Position numbers and translations under genes: made by a program
Origin: Alphaproteobacteria bacterium
Lineage (GTDB): Bacteria; Pseudomonadota; Alphaproteobacteria; CAAHEQ01; UBA3637
DNA: 64,000 nucleotides
Assembly (NCBI GenBank): GCA_045655105.1
Contig: JAZOOQ010000056.1
Coordinates: forward strand, 10,399 to 74,398
Direction of reading: 5' to 3'
Notes under the pieces: model-generated
The model's database searches: none
Seen by the model: only the letters and a program-made list of their open reading frames with translations
Told to the model about the DNA's origin: nothing
In this document: positions 20,010 through 29,102 of the stretch, in pieces
Layout: every line of letters starts with the position of its first letter
Numbering within the stretch: position 1 is the first letter of the stretch

Positions 20010-20040
20010 AACTGCTGGAAAATTCCAACAGTTTCTTTTT
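20010..20040 (-). terminator. terminator of ankyrin gene 1 (hairpin module shared with ankyrin gene 2)
   Basis: aactgctgga-aaatt-ccaacagtt, with a U-run on the minus strand. Confidence 0.55.
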
Positions 20041-20060
20041 TTTAGTGGAACTAAAAAAGA

Positions 20061-22748
20061 TTAGCGTCCATTGTTTGCATTGGGATCGATACCAAGTTGG
20101 CCAGCGTTTCTATTTGCAGGATTTGTGATGTCTTGCCCGCTAGCGCCAATTGTTGCAGCAAGCCCTGGATTATCAGGTGGCGTTACTGTTGTTGGAGTTG
20201 CAGAACTATCTCTAGGGATTTCACGTGTTTCTGTTTTAGCCGTGTAATCATTAGCTTGAGATAAAGTTGTTCGTCCTCTTCTTGTTGTTGTCCCAGAATA
20301 TTGAATGGAATAGTCAACTCCAGCTTGAACGGCTTTAATATCCTCTGGGGATAAATTTGTTTTAGGCTGGCCATTTACATCGAATAAGGCATCTAAAGCT
20401 TTTCGTGCAGGGCTATTTCTTCCTTCCATTTGGTTAACCAAAATTAAACGTTGCAAATAAATTTCAGCATTGGATTGACCATTTGCATCCGTTTTTAATG
20501 CACCTGAAGCTTCCAAATTCCTTAATGTTGTTAAAGCTGTTTGTTGATTGGCTTTTGAAATCCTGACTCTTTTTCTATGCACATTAACAGTTCTGTTTGC
20601 TTGACCAACACTTCTTTGAGCATTTGTGTGAGCTTGGTCAGTAAAGTCAATAATGCCAACTTCTTGCGTTTTTGGTCTTCTTTCTTCTTCAAGAGCTTTT
20701 TCAGCTGCTTCTTTTGCGGCTCTTTCATCTGCAAGAGCTTGTTGATTAGCGTCATCTCTGGCTTTTCCATCGATTATATAGCGAAGTGCTGTATTATTTC
20801 CAGTAAGATCACGAGCTGTTTTTCCCTCATTATTTTGCATATTATAATCAGCACCAGCATTCAGCAAAGCAAGAGCTGAATCTGTTTTGCCATTAGAAGC
20901 TGCTGTCATAAGAGGTGTATTGCCATTTTTATCTTGATGATCAATTTTAGCACCAGCGTTCAATAAAGCTGTTGTCGTTTCTTGAGAGCCCTGTTTTGCA
21001 GCATGATGAAGTGCCGTGCAACCGTATACATCCTCTTGATTAACATTGATGCCTCTTGCGCCAAGTAACGCTTGAACGGTTTCTGTGTGACCATTTTGAG
21101 CAGCTAACATAAGGGCCGTATTATTATGCCCATTTTCACTTTGGTTTGCATAGTTAACATCAGCGCCAGCTTCAAGCAGTTTTTGAACAACCTTTGTATG
21201 CCCATTTTGAGCTGCGACAAGCAACGCTGTTTCTTGATTTGGATTTTGAGTGTTTGGATCAATTCTTGTTGCAAGAATTCGTTCAACTTCATCTACTTTT
21301 CCTTCTCTTGCCGCCCTGATAAGATCTTGACTTTCGCCGATTTCAGATGCAGATAAAGCGCCTCTATTTTCCATAATTCTGGCAAGATCAGGGTATTTTT
21401 TATCTCCAACCATTGTGTCATCATAAGGAGTGAACCCTGAACCGTTTATATGATTCATGTTGATGCCTGGTTGGTCTAATAAATATAAAGTTGCATCTGT
21501 GTGTCCATTATAGGCAGCATAATGAAGAGCAGTGTTATTTACAGTTTTTTCATTGCCAGTGGTTTTATTAATATCTGCCCCACCTTCAACAAGGGCTCTC
21601 ATGCTATCTGTGTGACCATTACGAGCAGCATACATTAATGGTGTTAACCCTGTTGTGTTTTGATAGTTTACATCAGCCCCACGAGCAGTAAGCTTTTGAA
21701 CCAAAGATGTTCGCCCATTTTGTGCAGCAAATTGAATCGGTGAAGAATGCAGCTTGTTGGTTTCTGTATCCATATAAATATTAACATTCATATTTGGATT
21801 TTCATCGAGAATACCTTCTGCTCTATCCCATTGACCTTCATGAATAGCTTGCATAAAAGCAAGTTCAGCGTCTGTAGCTGCAGGTCTTGTTCTTGTTGAA
21901 TTTGTTGGTTGAGCTGGTGAATTTGTTGGTTGTTGAGGTTGAGTTGTTCTTCCAGGTGTTGGTCGTTGAGGGCGAGCTGCAGTTGCTCTTGCTTGAGTGA
22001 TCATATCTCTAACTTCAGGTTTGTTTTGAGGAACTAAGTCAAGAATATCAACTTTTTGACCATCAACTTCGGTTTGGATATTAGGGTTTACGCCTTCTCG
22101 AATATATCTTGCAACAGCTTGTGCATCACCAGCTTTTGCGGCTTCAACAAATGCTTCTCGTCTGGCAAGATCATGAGATGATAAAGCCCCAAAACGATCC
22201 ATTTGTTCGGCAAGGCGACCATGTGTGCGGCCATTTGCTCTTGTATCATCATGAGGTGTATTTCCTGCACTATTAACATGGTTCATATTAATATTTGGTA
22301 AGCCAAGCAAATATAACGCAGCATTTTCATGTCCATTCACTGCAGCATAATGAAGAGCTGTATTATCATATGTGCTAGCAACTCCTGTAGTCATATTATA
22401 ATCGGCGCCAGCTTCAACAATGGCTTTCATCACATCTAAATGACCACCGCGAGTGGCATACATTAATGGTGTTTGACCTGTTTCGTTTTGATAGTTTACA
22501 TCAGCCCCACGAGCAATAAGAGCTTGAACCAATGCTGTTTGCCCATTTTGTGCAGCAAATTGAAGTGGCGAAGATTCAAGTTCATTGCTTCCTGGGATAT
22601 TCATAAACATGTTAACATTCATGTTGGGATTTTCGTTAAGCAATCCAAGAGCAAGCTCCCAGTCACTTTTATAGATAGCATCCATAAATGCTTTTTGGGC
22701 TGGTGTTACTGCTCTGGTAGTTGAAGGTCTATTTGTTGGTGTGGCCAT
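20061..22748 (-). CDS. ankyrin-repeat protein, 895 aa, with internally duplicated ANK modules and a conserved non-ANK C-terminal domain; candidate host-interaction effector
   Basis: Multiple ANK consensus blocks (TPLMYATRGGHLDVMKAIVEAGADYN; TALHYAAVNGH...). A Pro/Thr/Gln-rich linker (PQRPTPGRTTQPQQPTNSPAQPTNSTRTRP) separates two copies of the N-terminal module. AGGGAG Shine-Dalgarno. Confidence 0.8.
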   Translation of the reverse strand: MATPTNRPSTTRAVTPAQKAFMDAIYKSDWELALGLLNENPNMNVNMFMNIPGSNELESSPLQFAAQNGQTALVQALIARGADVNYQNETGQTPLMYATRGGHLDVMKAIVEAGADYNMTTGVASTYDNTALHYAAVNGHENAALYLLGLPNINMNHVNSAGNTPHDDTRANGRTHGRLAEQMDRFGALSSHDLARREAFVEAAKAGDAQAVARYIREGVNPNIQTEVDGQKVDILDLVPQNKPEVRDMITQARATAARPQRPTPGRTTQPQQPTNSPAQPTNSTRTRPAATDAELAFMQAIHEGQWDRAEGILDENPNMNVNIYMDTETNKLHSSPIQFAAQNGRTSLVQKLTARGADVNYQNTTGLTPLMYAARNGHTDSMRALVEGGADINKTTGNEKTVNNTALHYAAYNGHTDATLYLLDQPGINMNHINGSGFTPYDDTMVGDKKYPDLARIMENRGALSASEIGESQDLIRAAREGKVDEVERILATRIDPNTQNPNQETALLVAAQNGHTKVVQKLLEAGADVNYANQSENGHNNTALMLAAQNGHTETVQALLGARGINVNQEDVYGCTALHHAAKQGSQETTTALLNAGAKIDHQDKNGNTPLMTAASNGKTDSALALLNAGADYNMQNNEGKTARDLTGNNTALRYIIDGKARDDANQQALADERAAKEAAEKALEEERRPKTQEVGIIDFTDQAHTNAQRSVGQANRTVNVHRKRVRISKANQQTALTTLRNLEASGALKTDANGQSNAEIYLQRLILVNQMEGRNSPARKALDALFDVNGQPKTNLSPEDIKAVQAGVDYSIQYSGTTTRRGRTTLSQANDYTAKTETREIPRDSSATPTTVTPPDNPGLAATIGASGQDITNPANRNAGQLGIDPNANNGR

Positions 22749-22875
22749 TTTTTTGTCTCCCTAAAAAAATTAAATTAACACATAACCTATAAAACACTTT
22801 GGCATAAAAAAAACAGTAAAGTCAATCATTTTTTTTATAACTTATTTGATTTAAATAAAAAATATCTTAATTTAT
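22749..22875. repeat. ~127-bp promoter/5'UTR module, near-identical copy at 24484-24610
   Basis: ggccatttttt(t)gtctccctaaaaaaattaaattaacacataacctataaaacactttgg...cagtaaagtcaat.attttttttataacttatttgatttaaataaaaaa.tat.ttaatttat is conserved apart from about 5 substitutions/indels. Confidence 0.8.
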
Positions 22876-22918
22876 TCTTATTATTCATATTTCATATATA
22901 TTTGGGGTTGATAAAAAA

Positions 22919-22952
22919 CTGCTGGAAAATTCCAGCAGCTTTCTTTTTTTTT
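22919..22952. terminator. bidirectional terminator hairpin (ctgctgga-aaat-tccagcag + t-run), paralogous to 20010-20040
   Basis: Perfect 8-9-bp stem flanked by an a-run upstream and a t-run downstream. Terminates ankyrin gene 2 and insulates the ankyrin gene 1 promoter. Confidence 0.6.
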
Positions 22953-22974
22953 AGTGGAATGAAAAAGATTATCA

Positions 22975-24483
22975 CTATCTTCCTGCCCTCAAAGACAGAT
23001 CGGAATGCATATTCCGTTGACCATTAGTGTCTATATTTGTGATGTCTTGCGCATTGCCACTAAGTGTTGAAGCAAGATTAGGGCCTTGTTGGCTCTGATT
23101 TGATAAATTTGGTGTTGAGTTAAGTTGATTATCAGATGAGGTGGGAACTTCGCGTGTTTCTGTTGTGGCCATGTAATCATTGCCATGTCCCATAACGGTT
23201 CTTGTTCCCATTGTTGTTGAATGTTGAATAGAATATTCAATCCCAGCTTGAATGGCTTGAATATCCTCTGGGGATAAATTCTTGTTTACAGAGCCATCTC
23301 TATTGAATAAAGCATCTAAAGCTTTTCGTGCGGGGCTGTTTCTCCCTTCTAGTTGGTTCACGAAGATTAACCGTTGCAAATAAATTTCAGCATTGGATTG
23401 ACCATTTTCATCTGGTTTTAAAGCACCGGAAGATTCTAAACTTCTTAAGGAAGTTAGAGCTTCTTGTTGAGTGTCTTTTGAAATATGAACAGACCTTCTT
23501 CCTTGTATACTCACAGTTCTTTGATGGTCAACCGCTCTTTCTGCATTCGTATGTGCTTGTTCAGTAAAGTCAAGAATATCAACTTGTTGAGTTCTTATTC
23601 TTCTGATTTCTTCGGTATTTGGGTTGGTGGTGTTCTCTTCATCCAGTGTTAATGCGGTTCTTGCTAAATCTGAAGCTGTTTTCCCATCTTTATTTTGAAT
23701 ATTTGGATTGGCTCCTGCTTCAAGAAGGGCTTTTGTTATATCGGGATTATTACTTATGGCGGCATAGTGAAGGGCTGTGAATCCAAATCCATCAGCACCA
23801 TTCAGATCTAAATGAGCATCTTGAAGATTTTTAATTTGAGTTTGAACTTGTTGTATATCTCCTTTTCTTACGGCATTAATGAGTTGGTATTGCATCGCTA
23901 CTTCTTCTCGGCTTAAAAAACCCATTCTTGTCATTTGTGCCGCAAGCATTCTGTTACCGTGATAAGTATACTGTGTCATATGGGTGAGTGCATCATCATA
24001 AGGGGTATTTCCTGCAAGATTAACATGATTTTTGTTTGCATTTGGAAGACTTGCTAAATATCTAACAGCATCTGAGTGTCCATGCACTGCAGCATAATGA
24101 AGAGCCGTATTATCAAATGTTCTAGTGTTGCTAGTAGGCATGTTATAATCAGCACCCGCTTCAACAATAGCTTTCATTGCATCTAAATGACCACCGCGAG
24201 TGGCATACATTAATGGTGTTTGGCCTGTTTTGTTTTGATAGTTTACATCAGCTCCACGAGCAATAAGAGCTTGAACCAATGCTGTTTGCCCATTTTGTGC
24301 AGCAAATTGAAGTGGCGAAGATTGAAGTTCATTGACTCCTTGGATATTCATAAATATATTAACATCCATGTTGGGGCTTTCCCGCAGGATGTATTCAGCT
24401 TCCATCCAGTCTCTTCTATGAATGGCATCCATAAAATTTTTTTCTGTAGGTGTTAAAGCCCGTCTAGTTGTTGGTGTGGCCAT
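22975..24483 (-). CDS. ankyrin-repeat protein, 502 aa, paralog of 20061..22748 (shared N-terminal ANK module and C-terminal domain)
   Basis: MATPTTRRALTPTEKNFMDAIHRRDW...SSPLQFAAQNGQTALVQALIARGADVNYQN is ~90% identical to the ANK gene 1 N-terminus. Start is taken at the ATG at 24483, which matches the ANK gene 1 start context. The track's 24531 start is an upstream in-frame extension. Confidence 0.8.
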   Translation of the reverse strand: MATPTTRRALTPTEKNFMDAIHRRDWMEAEYILRESPNMDVNIFMNIQGVNELQSSPLQFAAQNGQTALVQALIARGADVNYQNKTGQTPLMYATRGGHLDAMKAIVEAGADYNMPTSNTRTFDNTALHYAAVHGHSDAVRYLASLPNANKNHVNLAGNTPYDDALTHMTQYTYHGNRMLAAQMTRMGFLSREEVAMQYQLINAVRKGDIQQVQTQIKNLQDAHLDLNGADGFGFTALHYAAISNNPDITKALLEAGANPNIQNKDGKTASDLARTALTLDEENTTNPNTEEIRRIRTQQVDILDFTEQAHTNAERAVDHQRTVSIQGRRSVHISKDTQQEALTSLRSLESSGALKPDENGQSNAEIYLQRLIFVNQLEGRNSPARKALDALFNRDGSVNKNLSPEDIQAIQAGIEYSIQHSTTMGTRTVMGHGNDYMATTETREVPTSSDNQLNSTPNLSNQSQQGPNLASTLSGNAQDITNIDTNGQRNMHSDLSLRAGR

Positions 24484-24612
24484 TTTTTGTCTCCCTAAAA
24501 AAATTAAATTAACACATAACCTATAAAACACTTTGGTACAAAAAAAACAGTAAAGTCAATTATTTTTTTTATAACTTATTTGATTTAAATAAAAAAATAT
24601 TTTAATTTATAG

Positions 24613-25737
24613 CTATTCTTTTTCGAATTTTGAAAATGTTTTTTGAACTTTCACATCAAAAAAATCATCCGTAAAAACTTTTTTAAGCGTTTTGAAAAAA
24701 GCTTCTCTATAATGATGTTTAACAGGTTTTTTCTTTGTTGTTTGAATAAGATTAATTGTTTCTTTTATCTTTGAAAGATCATCTAAATGATAAAAATCTT
24801 TTAAATTTAAATGATCATATCGATTTTGTTGACGAGCCCCAATATCAACGACGGGCACTTGATAAAAAGGAGCTTCCTTAATGCCGCAGGAAGAATTTCC
24901 AATTAAAAAATCAGCGTTTTTAAGCAAATAATTAAATGCATTGAAAGAAAATGATTTAATGAAATGGAATTTTTCATTTGTGGCATATTTTTGATAAACT
25001 TTTAAAATAATATCTGATCCTAAATCATTGTTGGGTAAAATAACAACATAATGCTTATCGGTTTCATTCAGCTCTTGCATCAAGGATGAAATTTCTTCAC
25101 GAACAGTTTGTGGGCTTAATGTTGTTACCGGATGATAAATTAAAACGGCATAATTTTGATATGAATTTAATTGATCAAGTTCTTTTTTGGTTGGCACTTC
25201 AATTTGAAAAGCTAAAGATGAATTTCCTGTAATAAAAATGGATTCTTCTTTCTCGCCCATTTGAAGAAGCGTTTGTTTTGCTTGTTCATCTCCAACTAAA
25301 AATCTTTGAGATAATTTGCTTGTTGCATGGCGAATGAGTTCATCCACAGATCCTGAAAAATCCCCTGCTTCAATATGGCATACTGGAATATTATTGAAAA
25401 CGGCTGCTTGTGCTGCAGCTAACACTTCGGGTCGATCCCCATGAACAAAAACAAAATCAATTTTATCTTTTCGAAGATGCTTATCATAAGATTTGATGAT
25501 ATGTGCGGTTTCAAGAGCAGTTGATGAAGGTTTAAATTTTTTATCAGTACGAATAACGCATTTTTTCTTTAAATCTTTTTGAATGAATTTATATGTAGAG
25601 CCATATTGCTTTAACATATTCATACCTGTTGTGAAAACAAAGATTTTTTTATTTTTGTCTTCGCTTAAAAAATCAATATATGGTTTAATTTTGCCATAAT
25701 CGGCTCTTGTGCCCGAGATAAATGAAATATTCATCAT
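24613..25737 (-). CDS. neuC: UDP-N-acetylglucosamine 2-epimerase (hydrolysing), NeuC family
   Basis: SGTRADYGKIKP, HGDRPEVLAAAQAA...CHIEAGD, and GNSSCGIKEAP match the NeuC/hydrolysing 2-epimerase family. 4-nt overlap with neuB. Confidence 0.75.
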   Translation of the reverse strand: MMNISFISGTRADYGKIKPYIDFLSEDKNKKIFVFTTGMNMLKQYGSTYKFIQKDLKKKCVIRTDKKFKPSSTALETAHIIKSYDKHLRKDKIDFVFVHGDRPEVLAAAQAAVFNNIPVCHIEAGDFSGSVDELIRHATSKLSQRFLVGDEQAKQTLLQMGEKEESIFITGNSSLAFQIEVPTKKELDQLNSYQNYAVLIYHPVTTLSPQTVREEISSLMQELNETDKHYVVILPNNDLGSDIILKVYQKYATNEKFHFIKSFSFNAFNYLLKNADFLIGNSSCGIKEAPFYQVPVVDIGARQQNRYDHLNLKDFYHLDDLSKIKETINLIQTTKKKPVKHHYREAFFKTLKKVFTDDFFDVKVQKTFSKFEKE

Positions 25738-26777
25738 TTTTCAATGTCGCTCCATTCAAAATGAGATCCTTTTGAAATAGGATTAAGTGTTTTTTTCCCG
25801 ATAACCAAATTCATATCTGATGCCAAAATGCCTTTTAAATAAGGACGCTTTGTTTCAAATAAGTCTCTTGTTAAAACGGTTCCTTCTGGGATATCATTTT
25901 TGGCAACCAGTGTTGAAAAAGCAAATTCAATGGTAACTTGTTCTTCTTTTGCTGCTTCTTTTTTGCCACCACGCATTTTTTGAATTTCGGCGCTTTGTTC
26001 AATTAATTCTTTGCATTCTTTAATATCCATTGAGCAAATAATATCTTCGCCTTTGCGTTCTTTTGTATCTGTAAAATGACGTTCAAGCACGCTGGCCCCT
26101 AGTGCAACAGCTGATAAACAAGCAAGGTTATTTAAACTATGATCCGATAAGCCGATAATGGCATTTGGAAATTCTTTTTTAATTTCTTCTAAAGCGCCCA
26201 AACGAATAAGATGGCTTGGTGTTGGGTAAAGATTTGTTGTATGCATAATTACATAGTTTTTATGATGTTTTTCAATAGCTTCAACTGCTTTTTTAACGCT
26301 TTTAATATCATTCATCCCTGTTGATAAAATGATTGGTTTATGAAAAGAGGCAATATATTCAACAAAATCATAATTATTCATTTCACCAGAGCCGATTTTA
26401 TAGGCGGGTACATTCATTTTTTTTAATCTATCGGCTGCTGCAAAAGAAAAGGGCGTTGAAATAAAAATCATGCCGAGTTCTTCGGTATATCTTTTCATTT
26501 CAATTTCATCTTCTTCACTTAATGCGCACCGAGCCATAATATCATAAATTGAAAAATCAGAGTTCCCAGGGATGGCTTTTTTTGCCAATTGACTCATTTC
26601 TTCATCTGGAATATGCGTTTGATGTTTAACGATTTCTGCACCAGCTTCTTTTGCTGCTCTAACTAATTTTTTTGCTTCTTCTAATGACCCGTTATGATTA
26701 ATGCCAATTTCTGCGATAACAAGCGGGGCATAGTTAGGCCCGATTTTTCGACCCATAATTTCAATATAGGGATTCAT
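25734..26777 (-). CDS. neuB: N-acetylneuraminate (sialic/nonulosonic acid) synthase, NeuB family, with C-terminal SAF domain
   Basis: APLVIAEIGINHNGSLEEAKKLV..., GLSDHS, ERHFT, and a C-terminal antifreeze-like domain. Confidence 0.8.
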   Translation of the reverse strand: MNPYIEIMGRKIGPNYAPLVIAEIGINHNGSLEEAKKLVRAAKEAGAEIVKHQTHIPDEEMSQLAKKAIPGNSDFSIYDIMARCALSEEDEIEMKRYTEELGMIFISTPFSFAAADRLKKMNVPAYKIGSGEMNNYDFVEYIASFHKPIILSTGMNDIKSVKKAVEAIEKHHKNYVIMHTTNLYPTPSHLIRLGALEEIKKEFPNAIIGLSDHSLNNLACLSAVALGASVLERHFTDTKERKGEDIICSMDIKECKELIEQSAEIQKMRGGKKEAAKEEQVTIEFAFSTLVAKNDIPEGTVLTRDLFETKRPYLKGILASDMNLVIGKKTLNPISKGSHFEWSDIEK

Positions 26778-26919
26778 TTTTTCCTCCTCTTTTTGTTTTT
26801 ATATGTTTAAGGTTGCTCTTATAAAAAATAAAAGTCAATGTTTTTTTAGGTGAAATTAGCAAAATAAAAAAGAGCCAATAAAAATGATCAGCTCTTTTTA
26901 TTATTCATTTTATTTAAGA

Positions 26920-28056
26920 TTAAAAACGATAGCCAATTCCCATAATGAAAGAGCAACCTTCGTTATCTTTTGCATGTGTTTCGCTGTTGGCATTTAAATG
27001 AGATAAAACGCCATAAAGTTCAACGCTTTTTGTTAAATTATAAACATTTGACCATAAGAATAAATTATCTTGATGACGCGTGTTTTTTGCGCTTGTGTGT
27101 AAATAAGCGATATTTGTTTTGAATTTTTGCCATCCGTATCCCATGCTGATATTATAGGCATCTGATTCTCTGAAATTATCGAAATAAGCTGGCAAATAAG
27201 AGTTCACTCTTGTTGTTGCAATGGGGTTTTTGGTTCCATCAATATATGCTTTTTTATATCCAACTCCAATATTAAATGAGCCATAATGATATTGTGACCC
27301 AAAAGAAATTTCTTTATCTGTTGAGTTGAAAACGCCATAGCCTAAAGAAGTGTAAATTTTTGATTTATCTGAAAGAATAAATTCTTTTTGCGCCGCAAAA
27401 GTATATCCATCTTCATTTGTTTCATAATCAACATATCTTGAAGTCATCCCACGGCGGTTTGCGTTATGCACCGTATAAGAAGCACCCAATTTAATCCCAT
27501 AAAATTTGGGGGAAATATAAGTGATTTTTGGTGCGCGCCCATCCGTCATAATTGATGTTGATTTTGGCGTATATGCAGCTGTTGATTTAAAGCCATTAGA
27601 CCAGTTTGGATTGCTTAAGAAATAAGTTGCATTTGAATCATCAATGCCCAAAAATGTTATCTCTGTTGCCCCTTTATGCAATTGGTTGGCGGCATTTTTA
27701 GTGTAACCAACTTGAATGGTTCCAAGTTTTGATTCATCTTGTAAATAAGGGTAAAACCTTACTTCCCCTTCAGACCGATCTTTATCATCTTGACGATACA
27801 TTAATGTTGAGGCTGCATGAATGCCAATTTTATGCGTGGCATCAATTTTATAATCAACCTTTAAAGTGGCATCGCCTCTGGTAACAAAACGAGAAGGATA
27901 TTTGTTTTCATATTTTGTTTCACTGATTCCAAAGTAAGCCCCAGCTAAACCATGAATGCTGGTTTCAAAAGATCCGGCTTTTGCAACGAATGGTATAAAA
28001 CAAAGAGTGGAAAGTAAAAGATATTTTTTCATATAGGCCTCATTAAAAGAAGTCAA
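26920..28056 (-). CDS. outer-membrane beta-barrel porin-like protein with signal peptide
   Basis: Signal peptide MKKYLLLSTLCFIPFVAKA, alternating amphipathic beta strands, and a C-terminal ...GIGYRF aromatic terminus. Confidence 0.6.
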   Translation of the reverse strand: MTSFNEAYMKKYLLLSTLCFIPFVAKAGSFETSIHGLAGAYFGISETKYENKYPSRFVTRGDATLKVDYKIDATHKIGIHAASTLMYRQDDKDRSEGEVRFYPYLQDESKLGTIQVGYTKNAANQLHKGATEITFLGIDDSNATYFLSNPNWSNGFKSTAAYTPKSTSIMTDGRAPKITYISPKFYGIKLGASYTVHNANRRGMTSRYVDYETNEDGYTFAAQKEFILSDKSKIYTSLGYGVFNSTDKEISFGSQYHYGSFNIGVGYKKAYIDGTKNPIATTRVNSYLPAYFDNFRESDAYNISMGYGWQKFKTNIAYLHTSAKNTRHQDNLFLWSNVYNLTKSVELYGVLSHLNANSETHAKDNEGCSFIMGIGYRF

Positions 28057-28106
28057 ACACTTTTTATATCATACAATAATATGGCCTTATTTATCAATAA
28101 AAATTT

Positions 28107-28556
28107 TTAAATATCTAAAACAAGCGCATGTTCATCACAGTTGTTGACTTTTGGACAACTTAAACAATCACCAAAAACCTTATAAGAAAGGGCTTGTCTT
28201 TCAACTTCATGAAAACCACATTTAGAAAAAAATGCCACTTGATAGGTTAATGTAAACACGCGTTTGATATCAAGATATTTTGCTCTTTCCACCAAATGAA
28301 GAACAAGTTTTTTGCCAATGCCTTTTCCTCTTGCATTTAAGTCAACCGCTAAAGAAGCGATTTCGGCCAAGTCATTCCAAGCAATATTTAATCTGGCGCA
28401 TCCTAAAATTTTACCTTCTTCTTCATAAACAACATAAGCTTGGATATCCTTATAAACCGCATAGGGGGATTTGCCCAGCATTAACCCTTTAGATGCATTT
28501 TCATTCACTAAATTTAAAATGCTTTCAGCATCTTTCATTGTGGCATTTCTAATCAT
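28107..28556 (-). CDS. GNAT family N-acetyltransferase (short ArgA-like)
   Basis: GNAT motif A RGKGIGKKLVLHLVERA, 149 aa. Confidence 0.65.
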   Translation of the reverse strand: MIRNATMKDAESILNLVNENASKGLMLGKSPYAVYKDIQAYVVYEEEGKILGCARLNIAWNDLAEIASLAVDLNARGKGIGKKLVLHLVERAKYLDIKRVFTLTYQVAFFSKCGFHEVERQALSYKVFGDCLSCPKVNNCDEHALVLDI

Positions 28557-28676
28557 GAAAACTCCTTTTAATTATTGAATATATTTTAGCATATTTTCTT
28601 TAAAAAATCAATGGATTTTTTGCTTGAAAATGAGGGGCGTTTTATGCTATATTATGAACAACAAGGAGGTAAAAAC

Positions 28677-29102
28677 ATGCAACAATTTCGTCAGTCTGCA
28701 AGAGCGCTTGTTTTAACAAAAGAAGGTAAAATTTTATTAATTAAACGCACAAAAGAGGGGTTTGATCCTTATTATGTGACCCCAGGGGGTGGAATTGAAG
28801 AAAATGAAACTTCAATTGATGCTGTTAAACGCGAACTAAAAGAAGAAACAGGAAGTTTGGTTTCAGATATTTCATTTTTGTTTCATCTTGATGATGTTGA
28901 TATGAGTAACAGCGTTGATTTTTATATTTGTAAAGAAGTTTCAAGAGGAGTTCCAACGGGATCTGAATGGGCTCGCTCAACTGAGCAAAATAAATATGAG
29001 CTTTATGAAGCAAACATAAGCGAATTATCAGACTTAAATTTAAAACCAGAAATCACTAAAAAAGCATTGATTAAAGCAATTAAAAAAAGAGCTTTTGTAT
29101 GA
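28677..29102 (+). CDS. NUDIX hydrolase (by context possibly a GDP-mannose mannosyl hydrolase)
   Basis: Nudix box GGGIEENETSIDAVKRELKEETG. Start is taken at the ATG at 28677 with an AAGGAGG Shine-Dalgarno. The stop overlaps the next start (ATGA). Confidence 0.7.
   Translation: MQQFRQSARALVLTKEGKILLIKRTKEGFDPYYVTPGGGIEENETSIDAVKRELKEETGSLVSDISFLFHLDDVDMSNSVDFYICKEVSRGVPTGSEWARSTEQNKYELYEANISELSDLNLKPEITKKALIKAIKKRAFV

Noticed and set aside
22473-22724. 83-aa plus-strand ORF inside ankyrin gene 1 (paralogous 78-aa ORF at 24220..24456 inside gene 2, with nearly identical protein sequence).
   Set aside because: Both are antisense to the well-supported ankyrin CDSs. Their conservation is a by-product of the duplicated ANK module, not evidence of coding.
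19926-24612. Repeated hairpin and promoter blocks as a possible CRISPR array or IS element.
   Set aside because: There are only two copies, separated by full-length genes. No cas or transposase genes are present. The repeats are explained by tandem gene duplication.
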